From positions 1-56,483 of IMG/VR virus record IMGVR_UViG_3300024520_000087: 56,483 nt of DNA; one strand, given 5' to 3'. The stretch is from a virus (Duplodnaviria; Caudoviricetes). The notes under the pieces were generated by a model. The model was not told the origin of the DNA and searched no databases. It was given only the letters and a program-made list of their open reading frames with translations. Shown in pieces: positions 16,392 through 25,308 of this stretch. Each line of letters starts with the position of its first letter. Within the stretch, counting starts at the first letter, position 1. The position numbers were made by a program, and so were the translations under genes.

Positions 16392-17879
16392 ATGGATCAA
16401 GATCAATTAGACCAACAAGAACATAACGAGAAGTTCTCAATCACACCCACACCCAAGCAGGCAGAATTTATCACGACAGATGTGAAGTTCTCATGTTACT
16501 CGGGTGGTTACGGAAATGGTAAAACTACTGCGGGATGTTTGAGATCACTCCTTTTATCTTCAGGGATGCCTAACAACTTTGGTTTAATTGGAAGACTTAC
16601 ATATCCAACTCTACGTGATACAACAAGGAGAAGTTTCTTTGAACTGTGCCCTCCAGAGTACTATGCAGCAGAAAATGGTGGTGAGTGGAGGAGATCAGAG
16701 AATCATCTTAAATTTACCAATGGATCAGAGATTATCTTCCGTCATATGGACCAAATATCAGAACAGGAACTAAAATCTCTTAACTTGGGGTGGTTTTACA
16801 TAGATCAAGCAGAAGAGGTTCCAGAATCGGTATTCATGGTACTCCAATCTCGTCTTCGTTTAATGGCAGTCCCCAATAGATTTGGTTTCGTCACCTGCAA
16901 CCCAGAACCAGGAAATTGGCTCTTTCATAAATTCAAGAAACCTCACGATGAAGGAAAACTACACCATGATTACCAGATAATAGAGGCTCCTACCTCTGAG
17001 AATCAAAAGAACTTACCTGATGATTATATTCAGGTTCTAAGAGACGCTTATCCAGACGAAATGCAGAGACGTTACATTGATGGTGAGTGGGAAGTCTTTG
17101 AAGGTCAGATTTATCCAGAGTTCTCTAGAAGAATCCATGTTATCAAGCCGTTCGATATTCCAAAGGGTTGGGAGAAGATAGTTGCCATCGATCACGGAAT
17201 GGTAAATCCAACAGCCGTTCTTTGGGGAGCTATTGATTATGACGGCAATGTTTATATATACAATGAATATTACAATCCTGGCATAGTCTCTACCCACGTT
17301 AAAAACATACTCGAAATAACGGGTGATCAACTGGACGATATATCATTTTGGTTGATTGATCCTTCTACCGTAGCAAAGACCAGAGAAAAAGATGGAATGC
17401 CCTGGTCGATATTAGAGGAGTATGAAGATGGTGGTATTTGGGCCACTCCAGCCAACAACCAAATTCTGGGTGGGATCAACAGAGTTAAGGAGTTCATGAG
17501 AGTCGATCCCAAGAGAAGAAACCCAATTACTGGAGAGCTTGGATCACCAAAGTTGTTTATTTTCTCTAATTGCGTTAATCTAATAAATGAAGTCCCCCCT
17601 TATCAATGGAGAAAGATGAGGAGTGTCCTCCCAAGAAATACTTTGGAGAGGCCAGTGGATTACAACGATCACGCGCTGGATGCACTTAGGTATATGATTA
17701 TGTCTAGATTCCCAGCTCCGCAAAGAAAGAAAACTGGATATGAACTCGTTACACCTTTACAGAGAAAGAACTCAAATTCAATCACGACACCATTCCCCAA
17801 CAGCCACAAAGGAGATGACATGTTGGGTCAATTCGATGGAAATATAGGAGGAATACCACATGGTGAAAAGTTCAGGTAA
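16392..17879 (+). CDS. terL: Terminase large subunit
   Basis: PTPKQ, Walker A GGYGNGKT, Walker B FYIDQAEE, motif C TCNP, nuclease IDHG..NPT and DHALDALRY. Confidence 0.96.
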   Translation: MDQDQLDQQEHNEKFSITPTPKQAEFITTDVKFSCYSGGYGNGKTTAGCLRSLLLSSGMPNNFGLIGRLTYPTLRDTTRRSFFELCPPEYYAAENGGEWRRSENHLKFTNGSEIIFRHMDQISEQELKSLNLGWFYIDQAEEVPESVFMVLQSRLRLMAVPNRFGFVTCNPEPGNWLFHKFKKPHDEGKLHHDYQIIEAPTSENQKNLPDDYIQVLRDAYPDEMQRRYIDGEWEVFEGQIYPEFSRRIHVIKPFDIPKGWEKIVAIDHGMVNPTAVLWGAIDYDGNVYIYNEYYNPGIVSTHVKNILEITGDQLDDISFWLIDPSTVAKTREKDGMPWSILEEYEDGGIWATPANNQILGGINRVKEFMRVDPKRRNPITGELGSPKLFIFSNCVNLINEVPPYQWRKMRSVLPRNTLERPVDYNDHALDALRYMIMSRFPAPQRKKTGYELVTPLQRKNSNSITTPFPNSHKGDDMLGQFDGNIGGIPHGEKFR

Positions 17880-18099
17880 AAATTCAGATAAAAAACAAGA
17901 GTTACACATGTCTCTAGCGTGGTGGTCTGACATAATCAGGACGCTCGACAGTAAAGTTCATGGTATGTCAAAAGTGGGAGCGTATGGGTCGATTTCACTA
18001 GAGATAGTTATCCAAAATGGGAAAACAAAAGACATTGTTTTTTCAGATAAACTCAAATTAAGACAAAAAACCCAAAAGGAAGCAGAAAACAAAGCTTGA
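17860..18099 (+). CDS. Small protein (DUF2292-like YGS.SL.IQNG pattern)
   Basis: GGAGG RBS, overlaps the end of terL. Confidence 0.55.
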   Translation: MVKSSGKNSDKKQELHMSLAWWSDIIRTLDSKVHGMSKVGAYGSISLEIVIQNGKTKDIVFSDKLKLRQKTQKEAENKA

Positions 18100-18125
18100 C
18101 AAGTAGGTAAATTTTCTGTTATTTT
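18096..18125 (+). promoter_or_regulatory. Sigma70-type promoter upstream of the portal operon
   Basis: TTGACA-N18-TATTTT. The leader has a hairpin AACAAC...GTTGTT before ATG 18174. Confidence 0.5.
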
Positions 18126-18173
18126 TAATGTAGTCCAAGAAGAACAACTCACGTGACGCAGTGTGTTGTTTTT

Positions 18174-18461
18174 ATGGAAATATTAACCCTCTCTCTCACA
18201 ATAACTTTTCTCTCTGTTTTTGCTTGGTTTCAATATAAGCTAAACAAGAGAATTATAAGGTCTATAAAGGATGGGCCAACTCCTCAAATTACTCCAAACA
18301 AGATTACTGGATTAGATTCCAACGTTGTCGAACTAACAGAAGGAAATCCTCTCGACTTACCAAATGACGTTAAGGTCGAAGTTGAGGGTGGAGACACACA
18401 CCTTCCTCCACAATATGAATTCACACCTGAACAAACACCTAACCAAATAGTTGCGGAATAA
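18174..18461 (+). CDS. Membrane-anchored hypothetical protein
   Basis: N-terminal TM helix. Confidence 0.6.
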   Translation: MEILTLSLTITFLSVFAWFQYKLNKRIIRSIKDGPTPQITPNKITGLDSNVVELTEGNPLDLPNDVKVEVEGGDTHLPPQYEFTPEQTPNQIVAE

Positions 18462-18464
18462 ACA

Positions 18465-20567
18465 ATGGCAAAGAAAGATGAAGAAAAGAAAAATTCTAAA
18501 AGTAAAGTTAGCGATCAAGAACTTGAAGCAATTGTAGCGGATTCTGAATCAAAGGCGCTCGTTCAAAAATGCCGAAATCTCTTTCATTACGCCAAGGAAG
18601 CTAGAAGGAAGTATGACTGGGAGTGGTTAGTAAGAACACTTTATGTTAGGGGATACCACTTTGCTAGATACAACAGAAACACTAGCACAGTAACTTTCGG
18701 CAATAGGAGTGGAGTTAGAATACCAGTCAATCTCTTACACGCACATTTAAGGGGTGTAAGGAATCAAGTTACTAGTTTTAGGCCAAAATGGGAGGTTTTC
18801 CCTAAGGTTACAACCGAGTCAGCCCTAGAAAACGCTAGATATTCTGGAAAAGTCCTTGATTACATTTACGACCAATCGCACATTAAAAGAGCCATAAAGG
18901 AAGTAGTTACACAATCTTTATTGTATTCAGTTGGTATTTGGCAATTCACTGTGGACAAAGATGGAAAGATTAATGTAAGAACCGTCGATCCATTTGACTT
19001 CTACATAGATCCCAACACTAGGTCCGCAGACATAAACGATCCAGAACAAGGTGCAGAATTTATTATAAGAACAATGAATATGCCTCTAGATGCTGTTGTT
19101 AAGAATCCAAACTATACGGGAGTGGAAGAGTTGCAGCCCGACAATCAGGTTGCCTCCGCTGATTACAAAAGATTTCTTTTGCAAGTAACTAGGCACATTT
19201 ATCAAAGACAACAAGAAGAAGCTCCTACTGTAATTGTTAAAGAATGCCAGTTTAGAGAACGTCAAGACGACGGCACTTTCAAAATAAGGATAGTTACTTA
19301 CATAGATTCTCTACAAACCCCGATAAGGAACGAACTTACGGACAAAACTGAGTATGACTATGAGATCTATCAAGGTGAATTAACACCGCTCGAAGTTTAT
19401 GGAGAGTCTTGGTCTAAACACCTAATACCTATTAATAGAGTAATAGATTCTCTAGAGAGTCACATCTTTGAGTACAACCACCTATTTGCTAGAGGAAGAT
19501 TTGTAATAGACAAAAATTCTGGAATCAGATTAATCGTCAATCAACACGGACAAATAATCGAGAAAAACAGAGGATCTACTGTTACATCTCTACCAATAAC
19601 ACCTCTACCAAACGCACCTTTCCAACAACTCATAAACATGAGACAACACTTTGAAGATATTTCAGGTGTACATGACGCGTCTTTGGGAAGAATACCTGCT
19701 GGAGTTAAGAGTGGAATAGGAATAGCAGAACTTAAACAGGCTGATGCTACTAACCAATCAGATCTAGTCGACAATCTTGAAGATTTTCTCTCCCGAGCAG
19801 GAGGGAGAATCCTTAAGCTTGTTGCTGAACATTGGAATACAAGCAAGCTTATTAATGTAACTGGCGAAGGAGGTAAGCCTGAGTACTTTATGGCGGTTGG
19901 AGAAAGAGGTAAATCTAAAAAGAAAAAGGATGAATTTACTTTTGGAGAGATGAAACTCCCACTAGCAACCATCGGAGCAGAAAACGAAGTAAGAGTAAAG
20001 GTTGGAAGTTGGTTAGCTTACACAAAGGAAGCTAGACAAGAAAAACTTAAAGAACTTTTCAGACTGGGAGCAATCGACCAAAAGGCCTTACTTGAACACA
20101 TGGAGTTTGGTGACATCGACGGAATAATGGAGAGAACCAGACAAGAGAGACTCTTGCAAGGTAGAGCTGGAGCACCATCTCAATCCGTACAAAGAATGAC
20201 TGGTCAGGAAATGAGCGACGAGGAACTAGCACTAGCTGAGAACGAGCTGATGTTAGAAGGAAAAGACCAACCAGTAGAGCCTGACGATGATCACGAAGTA
20301 CACATTTCTGTTCACAGAGAATTACAGGATGATCGGAAACAAGGTCACGTAATAAAGGCACACATTAATGAGCATTTGAGTTTAGCTAGGTGGCAAAGAG
20401 GACAAGAGAGTCAACCTTTTTCACCAGAAGAGCAACAAGCTCAAGGGAATGGTCCAGAAAGAAGTCCAGTAGCGCCAACACCTGACCTGGCAGCAATGCT
20501 TGCAGGAGGAGGAGGTCCAGGAGGACCAGGTCCAGGAGGACCACCACCAGGACCAGGAGGACCATAA
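18465..20567 (+). CDS. Portal protein (P22-like)
   Basis: Follows terL, 700 aa, VDPFDFYIDP, ISGV.DAS.G..P....SG..I..L, D.H..HI..H, Pro/Gly-rich tail. Confidence 0.9.
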   Translation: MAKKDEEKKNSKSKVSDQELEAIVADSESKALVQKCRNLFHYAKEARRKYDWEWLVRTLYVRGYHFARYNRNTSTVTFGNRSGVRIPVNLLHAHLRGVRNQVTSFRPKWEVFPKVTTESALENARYSGKVLDYIYDQSHIKRAIKEVVTQSLLYSVGIWQFTVDKDGKINVRTVDPFDFYIDPNTRSADINDPEQGAEFIIRTMNMPLDAVVKNPNYTGVEELQPDNQVASADYKRFLLQVTRHIYQRQQEEAPTVIVKECQFRERQDDGTFKIRIVTYIDSLQTPIRNELTDKTEYDYEIYQGELTPLEVYGESWSKHLIPINRVIDSLESHIFEYNHLFARGRFVIDKNSGIRLIVNQHGQIIEKNRGSTVTSLPITPLPNAPFQQLINMRQHFEDISGVHDASLGRIPAGVKSGIGIAELKQADATNQSDLVDNLEDFLSRAGGRILKLVAEHWNTSKLINVTGEGGKPEYFMAVGERGKSKKKKDEFTFGEMKLPLATIGAENEVRVKVGSWLAYTKEARQEKLKELFRLGAIDQKALLEHMEFGDIDGIMERTRQERLLQGRAGAPSQSVQRMTGQEMSDEELALAENELMLEGKDQPVEPDDDHEVHISVHRELQDDRKQGHVIKAHINEHLSLARWQRGQESQPFSPEEQQAQGNGPERSPVAPTPDLAAMLAGGGGPGGPGPGGPPPGPGGP

Positions 20568-20719
20568 TGCAATACGGGAAAAGACCAGTAGTCAAGAAGT
20601 TTAGGAGAAAAGTTACGGGACGAGGTAGAGATATAAGAGTCACTACTTTAGAAAGAAAAGAAAGAAAAAGACCAATGAGACAAAGAAGAAACATGAGAAA
20701 ACAAAGGACGGTGAGGTGA
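20567..20719 (+). CDS. Very basic 50-aa peptide (not in the ORF track)
   Basis: Read by hand: MQYGKRPVVKKFRRKVTGRGRDIRVTTLERKERKRPMRQRRNMRKQRTVR. TAATG coupling to the portal gene. Confidence 0.65.
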   Translation: MQYGKRPVVKKFRRKVTGRGRDIRVTTLERKERKRPMRQRRNMRKQRTVR

Positions 20720-20723
20720 TTTT

Positions 20724-21005
20724 ATGAGAATAAAAAGACACGGATTAAGTAAAGAAAGTAGAAAACTAATTAGAAAAGGTTTGGGAATTGCCTCTATGGG
20801 AATAATGGGAGGTAAAGCCGCCAGTGTTGGTCGTGCAGCAGGAAAAAGATTGAAGAAAAGTCTTCCTACGCCCACAAAAAGACGAAGGAAAAGAGTTACG
20901 CCAACAATGAAGGCCCTTCGAAGTAAATATGGGTCACAAATGACAAAACAAGAATGGAGAGAAAGATTAAAGAAAACAAAAAGGTCTCAGAGACCAATGA
21001 AATAG
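20724..21005 (+). CDS. Very basic small protein
   Basis: GAGGTG RBS, Lys/Arg-rich. Confidence 0.7.
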   Translation: MRIKRHGLSKESRKLIRKGLGIASMGIMGGKAASVGRAAGKRLKKSLPTPTKRRRKRVTPTMKALRSKYGSQMTKQEWRERLKKTKRSQRPMK

Positions 21006-21021
21006 AGAGAGGTGATTTAAT

Positions 21022-21276
21022 ATGGCTTGGAAATTCCCAGGATTAACAAAAGAAAATAGAAAAGCTAGAAACAAAGGTTTCTTTGCTCAAGTGAAAGAAG
21101 CCAGAGAAATAAAGAGAACTATCCGTGCTAGAGCAAAAGGAAAACTAACACCTCGACAAAAAGGACAACAGATAGGTAGAGCTGTTAAAAAAAGAGCAAA
21201 CATACACAAACAAATGGATACCCAAAAAAGAAAGCAAAGGCGTCCACAAGAAGACGTTTCTAAATATTTTAGATAA
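21022..21276 (+). CDS. Very basic small protein
   Basis: GAGGTG RBS. GLTKENRK resembles GLSKESRK of the previous gene. Confidence 0.7.
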   Translation: MAWKFPGLTKENRKARNKGFFAQVKEAREIKRTIRARAKGKLTPRQKGQQIGRAVKKRANIHKQMDTQKRKQRRPQEDVSKYFR

Positions 21277-21278
21277 AA

Positions 21279-21443
21279 ATGGCACTTGCAAAAGACAGTC
21301 AGAAAATGAGAAGAAAGGGTCTATATAGATCTCCTTCTAGACGTGTTTCAAAGCCCAAGAAGTTGGGAACTCATCCATCTCTTAGTACTAGAAAAGTGAG
21401 CCCTAAAAGATTATTCAGAACTTTAAGTGGAAAATTACGCTAA
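21279..21443 (+). CDS. Very basic 54-aa peptide (not in the ORF track)
   Basis: Read by hand: MALAKDSQKMRRKGLYRSPSRRVSKPKKLGTHPSLSTRKVSPKRLFRTLSGKLR. Confidence 0.6.
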   Translation: MALAKDSQKMRRKGLYRSPSRRVSKPKKLGTHPSLSTRKVSPKRLFRTLSGKLR

Positions 21444-21460
21444 GGAGGTGTTTAAAAGTT

Positions 21461-21661
21461 ATGCCGATAAAAATACATTCAGACAGATTAGCTCAGGTTA
21501 AAAAAGATAGAAAAAAGAGAATGACCTATTCTATGGGTGGGCCCGAATATATCCCAGTTGACCTTTATGGTGCTAGGACCGACTACCCAAAAGGTAACCC
21601 TGGAAATCTAAAAAGGGCAGCTCAAGATATCAAGGATAGGTTTGATATGGATCTTCCATAG
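21461..21661 (+). CDS. Small basic hypothetical protein
   Basis: AAGGAGGTG RBS. Confidence 0.65.
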   Translation: MPIKIHSDRLAQVKKDRKKRMTYSMGGPEYIPVDLYGARTDYPKGNPGNLKRAAQDIKDRFDMDLP

Positions 21662-21694
21662 GAGAAGAAAACATTGAGGGGGGGTGAACAATAT

Positions 21695-22075
21695 ATGCTT
21701 AAATTTACTTATTTAAATGCAGACAATAGTACAGGTGATTCACAAAACCTAGAAGCTAGGGATGAAGCATCTGGTGCAGGACTTAACAAGGATACTTATG
21801 TGAAATCTATTCACTTTGGTAACCCTGCTAATGGTGATGTCACCATTATCCACGATGCACAAACACAACCAGGACACGCTTCTGGAATGGGAAGTATTGC
21901 AGTTGGGGAAGCCGCGTGGAAATACACACACCCTACGGCAGCAGCAGGACTTCCTCATTTACCAGTGATTGACTTCACTAGTAATGGGGCGACTCAAGGA
22001 CTTCAGGTAAACGGAGGTTCTTTTCACACAGATGCAGAAAACGTTACTGTTATCTGGGAAAGAGTAGACGACTGA
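21695..22075 (+). CDS. Putative virion (head-associated) beta-rich protein
   Basis: GGGGGTG RBS, located in the head module. Confidence 0.6.
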   Translation: MLKFTYLNADNSTGDSQNLEARDEASGAGLNKDTYVKSIHFGNPANGDVTIIHDAQTQPGHASGMGSIAVGEAAWKYTHPTAAAGLPHLPVIDFTSNGATQGLQVNGGSFHTDAENVTVIWERVDD

Positions 22076-22090
22076 TAAGCATTGAATAAT

Positions 22091-22312
22091 ATGCTTTATC
22101 AACACGGAGGAGAAGGAACAGGTTCCTACAAAGGAAAAGGTTCTTCTTCTAAATTAAAACAACATGGAGGGGAAGGGTCGGGATCTGGAAAATCTTCTGG
22201 TGGAGTTAAACTTTTTAACCCATCAAAGGCAGACTATTCTGGACCTGGAAGACATCTTAAGACTGTTTCTTACAGTATGAAAAAGAAAGGCAACAGTAAG
22301 ATGTCCTATTAG
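22091..22312 (+). CDS. Gly/Ser/Lys-rich small protein with a duplicated QHGGEGxGS motif
   Basis: Internal repeat, basic. Confidence 0.6.
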   Translation: MLYQHGGEGTGSYKGKGSSSKLKQHGGEGSGSGKSSGGVKLFNPSKADYSGPGRHLKTVSYSMKKKGNSKMSY

Positions 22313-22465
22313 GATTAAGTTTCTAACTTGTTTGGCTAACATCTTAGATGGCCAAGCAGGTGAGGGTCTTACTCTCAAGGGTCGTCCACTTTAGAGACGT
22401 TAAAAAACGGATCGCCCACGTTAGAGGCGATGGACGTTAAAGAAAGTAGAAGAGAGGGGGTGATT
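22313..22465 (+). promoter_or_regulatory. Structured leader upstream of the scaffold/capsid genes
   Basis: Hairpins ACTTGTTTGGC/GCCAAGCAGGT, CGTCCA/TGGACG and ATCGCC/GGCGAT. Imperfect direct repeat CGYCCACKTTAGAGRCG. Confidence 0.45.
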
Positions 22466-22469
22466 ATGA

Positions 22470-23216
22470 ATGAATAATGACAACAACGATTCTACTTCTC
22501 AAGTATCCGAAGAGGAATTGAGTGATGAGCTCTCGTCAAGCACAGAAGAACAGGGGGTGAAGACAACAGCTACTCCTGTAGAAGATTCATCTGACGAGGA
22601 ATCTACTCAAATAGGTGGGGAGGACGGTGAACCCAAAGGAAGAGGCGCTGAAGCAAGAATAAAACAGCTTTTAGCGGAGAATAAAACTAAAGACGCACAA
22701 ATAGCATCTTTAGAAAACTCTAGGGTAGAGAAATCTACTCCCATTCCACGGGAAACATCCAATCAAAAACCACCCGAGGTTTTAAGAGCTATATCCCAGT
22801 TGAAAAACATGGGAGTCAGTTTTGACAGCGACGTTGACCAAAAGGTCGCGGACGTACAAAACAGATTAACTCTTAACAACGAACATGGAAGGCTAAATGA
22901 AACGTATAACGGTTCAGATGGTCGTCCTAAATACAACTCGGACGAGGTTGAGAAGTATATGCGAGACAATGGAGTGTACCAACCTGAGGTTGCGTATAAG
23001 ACCATGCATGAAACGGAGTTACTTGATTGGAACTTAAAACAATCTTCCCAGAAACCTAAAAGCTATACAGCACCACCTACTGCACCAGGCAGTAGAGGGA
23101 GCCAGACTATAACTAGGGAGAAACTTGCAGAAATGCAAGACAAACCTAATTACAAAGAATGGTACAACAAGAATCGAGACAAGATTCTTAAGTTGATGGC
23201 TGAAGATAAGTTATAA
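22470..23216 (+). CDS. Capsid scaffolding protein
   Basis: Acidic disordered N-terminus, coiled coil (AEARIKQLLAE), directly before the capsid gene. Confidence 0.8.
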   Translation: MNNDNNDSTSQVSEEELSDELSSSTEEQGVKTTATPVEDSSDEESTQIGGEDGEPKGRGAEARIKQLLAENKTKDAQIASLENSRVEKSTPIPRETSNQKPPEVLRAISQLKNMGVSFDSDVDQKVADVQNRLTLNNEHGRLNETYNGSDGRPKYNSDEVEKYMRDNGVYQPEVAYKTMHETELLDWNLKQSSQKPKSYTAPPTAPGSRGSQTITREKLAEMQDKPNYKEWYNKNRDKILKLMAEDKL

Positions 23217-23237
23217 GCAGAAGGGGGGTGAGAAAAA

Positions 23238-24110
23238 ATGGCATTAGGAACAAATCATTTAACAACGACAACATCAGCGATATTTATACCTGAGGTATGG
23301 TCACCGGAAATTCTTAGGGCAACTGAGGAAGCTTTGGTTATGGCCCCTTTGGTAAAACGTTTTGATTCAATGGTTACCTCAAAAGGTGATACTATACATA
23401 TCCCTAATTTGAGTAACTTGAGCGCCAATGATAAGTCAGCTAATACTCAAGTCACGCTACAGTCTCCAACGGAAACTGAAGTAACAATCAGCATCGATAA
23501 GCACAAAGAAGCTTCGTTCTTGGTTGAAGACATAACTAGAGTTCAATCAAACTATGATCTTATGAGTGAGTATACAAATAAGGCAGGATTTGCAATTGCT
23601 AAACAGGTAGATACTGACCTACTCGGTGAGTACACAAACCTTACTAGCACTGACGTCGGAACTTATGGTGACGACATCACAGATCCAACTGTTTTGGCTG
23701 GTATCGAAGCTCTTGATCTCGCAGACGTCCCTATGGAAGATAGGGCTTTTGTTATAGATCCAACTCAAAAGACTGCGCTTTCGAAGATAGATAAATTCGT
23801 AAGAGCTGACTATTTGGGTGAGTATCAAAGTCCAAAACCTGCAAAGGTTGGACCAAACAGCCGATATATGTGGGGAGACATTTATGGAGTTCCTGTGTAT
23901 TACACCAATCAAGTACCTAGTACTGCTGGTACACCTACACAGATTCATAACATCCTTCTACATAAAGAAGCGTTTGCGCTCGCTATGCAACAGTCTCCAA
24001 GAACTCAGAGTGATTACATTCTCGAGTATATTGGTAATTTAGTTGTGGTAGATGTTATTTATGGTATTAAAACCATAAGAGCAGATTTCGCGATCGAAGT
24101 TCGATCGTAA
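23238..24110 (+). CDS. Major capsid protein (HK97 fold, P22-coat/N4-gp56-like)
   Basis: FIPEVWS, GDTIHIP, ISIDK, AIAKQVD, G.IYGV.VY, HKEAFALA, DVIYG. Strong RBS. Confidence 0.92.
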   Translation: MALGTNHLTTTTSAIFIPEVWSPEILRATEEALVMAPLVKRFDSMVTSKGDTIHIPNLSNLSANDKSANTQVTLQSPTETEVTISIDKHKEASFLVEDITRVQSNYDLMSEYTNKAGFAIAKQVDTDLLGEYTNLTSTDVGTYGDDITDPTVLAGIEALDLADVPMEDRAFVIDPTQKTALSKIDKFVRADYLGEYQSPKPAKVGPNSRYMWGDIYGVPVYYTNQVPSTAGTPTQIHNILLHKEAFALAMQQSPRTQSDYILEYIGNLVVVDVIYGIKTIRADFAIEVRS

Positions 24111-24121
24111 AGATAGCTAAT

Positions 24122-24147
24122 GGGGGTAAGGCGAAGTTCTTACCCCC
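24122..24147 (+). terminator. GC-rich hairpin after the capsid gene (terminator or RNA stabiliser)
   Basis: GGGGGTAAG...CTTACCCCC with no clear U-tract. Confidence 0.55.
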
Positions 24148-24156
24148 TCAACTGAT

Positions 24157-24354
24157 ATGAACGACAAGAGTTTAGTTAAACAACACAATAAACAAGTGGA
24201 GAGAGTTATGTCCCAAGGATCTAGTCAATTTAAGAGTCCACGCAATGTGGCTCAGGATATTATGACTAGAGCTGTGGATCGAAAAACAGGTAAGGTTTAC
24301 AGAGGAGAAAGCGGATTGCGTCTGTTGGATCGACAGAGGAGAGGTGGACAGTGA
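24157..24354 (+). CDS. Small basic hypothetical protein
   Basis: ORF coupled to the next gene. Confidence 0.6.
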   Translation: MNDKSLVKQHNKQVERVMSQGSSQFKSPRNVAQDIMTRAVDRKTGKVYRGESGLRLLDRQRRGGQ

Positions 24355-25007
24355 AAGTCGCTGTCGTTACTCCCTCACGGGGGTTGATACATTCAAGAAC
24401 CGTTGAGGCTATAAGGAAGAATTTTTTGGGAATCGAAAAGAATTTTGAATGGAATCATTTTATTTCACACGACAAGCCAATCCCTAAGGCTCAAAACTAT
24501 CTTTTCGAAAAGGCGTTTGACTGGGGTGCAAATTACATCTGGTCGGTAGAAGAAGACAATGTTTTTCCAGCCCACACTCTGATTAAGATGATCAACTTTG
24601 CCAAACAGAAAGAGGCAGAAGTTGTTTATGTAGATTACCCGATAGGAGCTAAAAGAAGTTCGGGAATTTGCAGAAAAGGAAATCAGATTTTGTGGGGACC
24701 GATGGGATGCACGTTAATTTTAAGAAGTGCTCTCGAAAAACTTGATCGTCCTTGGTTTAGGACAGACAAGACATTTAGAATCGAGAACAAAGATCCTCTC
24801 GAATTAATAGAAGAGGACATCCCCAACAAATATGGGGGCCAAGATATATGGTTCGGAATGAAATGCAAGGAGAAGGGAATTAAAGTGGTTCAATTAACCA
24901 GCATACTGGCTGGGCACGTTAAACCAAAAGGAGAAAACAGAGAAATAAACAATACTTATGAATTTGAAATTTGGGACTCTATTAAAGAGCACCAAAGATA
25001 CAACTGA
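24351..25007 (+). CDS. GT-A fold glycosyltransferase inside the virion module
   Basis: VAVVTPSRG, AQN, YIWSVEEDN (DxD-like), GPMGCTLI, PWF, GQDIWFG, GH. Confidence 0.75.
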   Translation: MKVAVVTPSRGLIHSRTVEAIRKNFLGIEKNFEWNHFISHDKPIPKAQNYLFEKAFDWGANYIWSVEEDNVFPAHTLIKMINFAKQKEAEVVYVDYPIGAKRSSGICRKGNQILWGPMGCTLILRSALEKLDRPWFRTDKTFRIENKDPLELIEEDIPNKYGGQDIWFGMKCKEKGIKVVQLTSILAGHVKPKGENREINNTYEFEIWDSIKEHQRYN

Positions 25008-25025
25008 GAAGGGTGGGTGATAATT

Positions 25026-25307
25026 ATGACAGCAACTTTTGAAAAAGCAGATACAAGGAAACTAGCAGTTACAACCTCGGACCAACAAATGGACTTTGGT
25101 AGACCTGTCGTAGATGAAGTTTATGTGGTAGCAGATGAAACAACAGTTAGGCTTGATTTTGATCAACCAACTGATGATAGTTCATTCCATTTATTAACTG
25201 CGAATGAACCTTTCAGAATTAAGGTCAATTTCCACAGACTACATGCTTCTACAACCACAGGGACAGCAAACTTGTACGTATTAGCAACCAGACATAACGA
25301 CGCTTAA
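25026..25307 (+). CDS. Small beta-rich virion protein
   Basis: Context and composition. Confidence 0.55.
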   Translation: MTATFEKADTRKLAVTTSDQQMDFGRPVVDEVYVVADETTVRLDFDQPTDDSSFHLLTANEPFRIKVNFHRLHASTTTGTANLYVLATRHNDA

Positions 25308-25308
25308 A

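Noticed and set aside
20504-20564. GGA/CCA repeats at the end of the portal gene
   Set aside because: In-frame Gly/Pro low-complexity tail.
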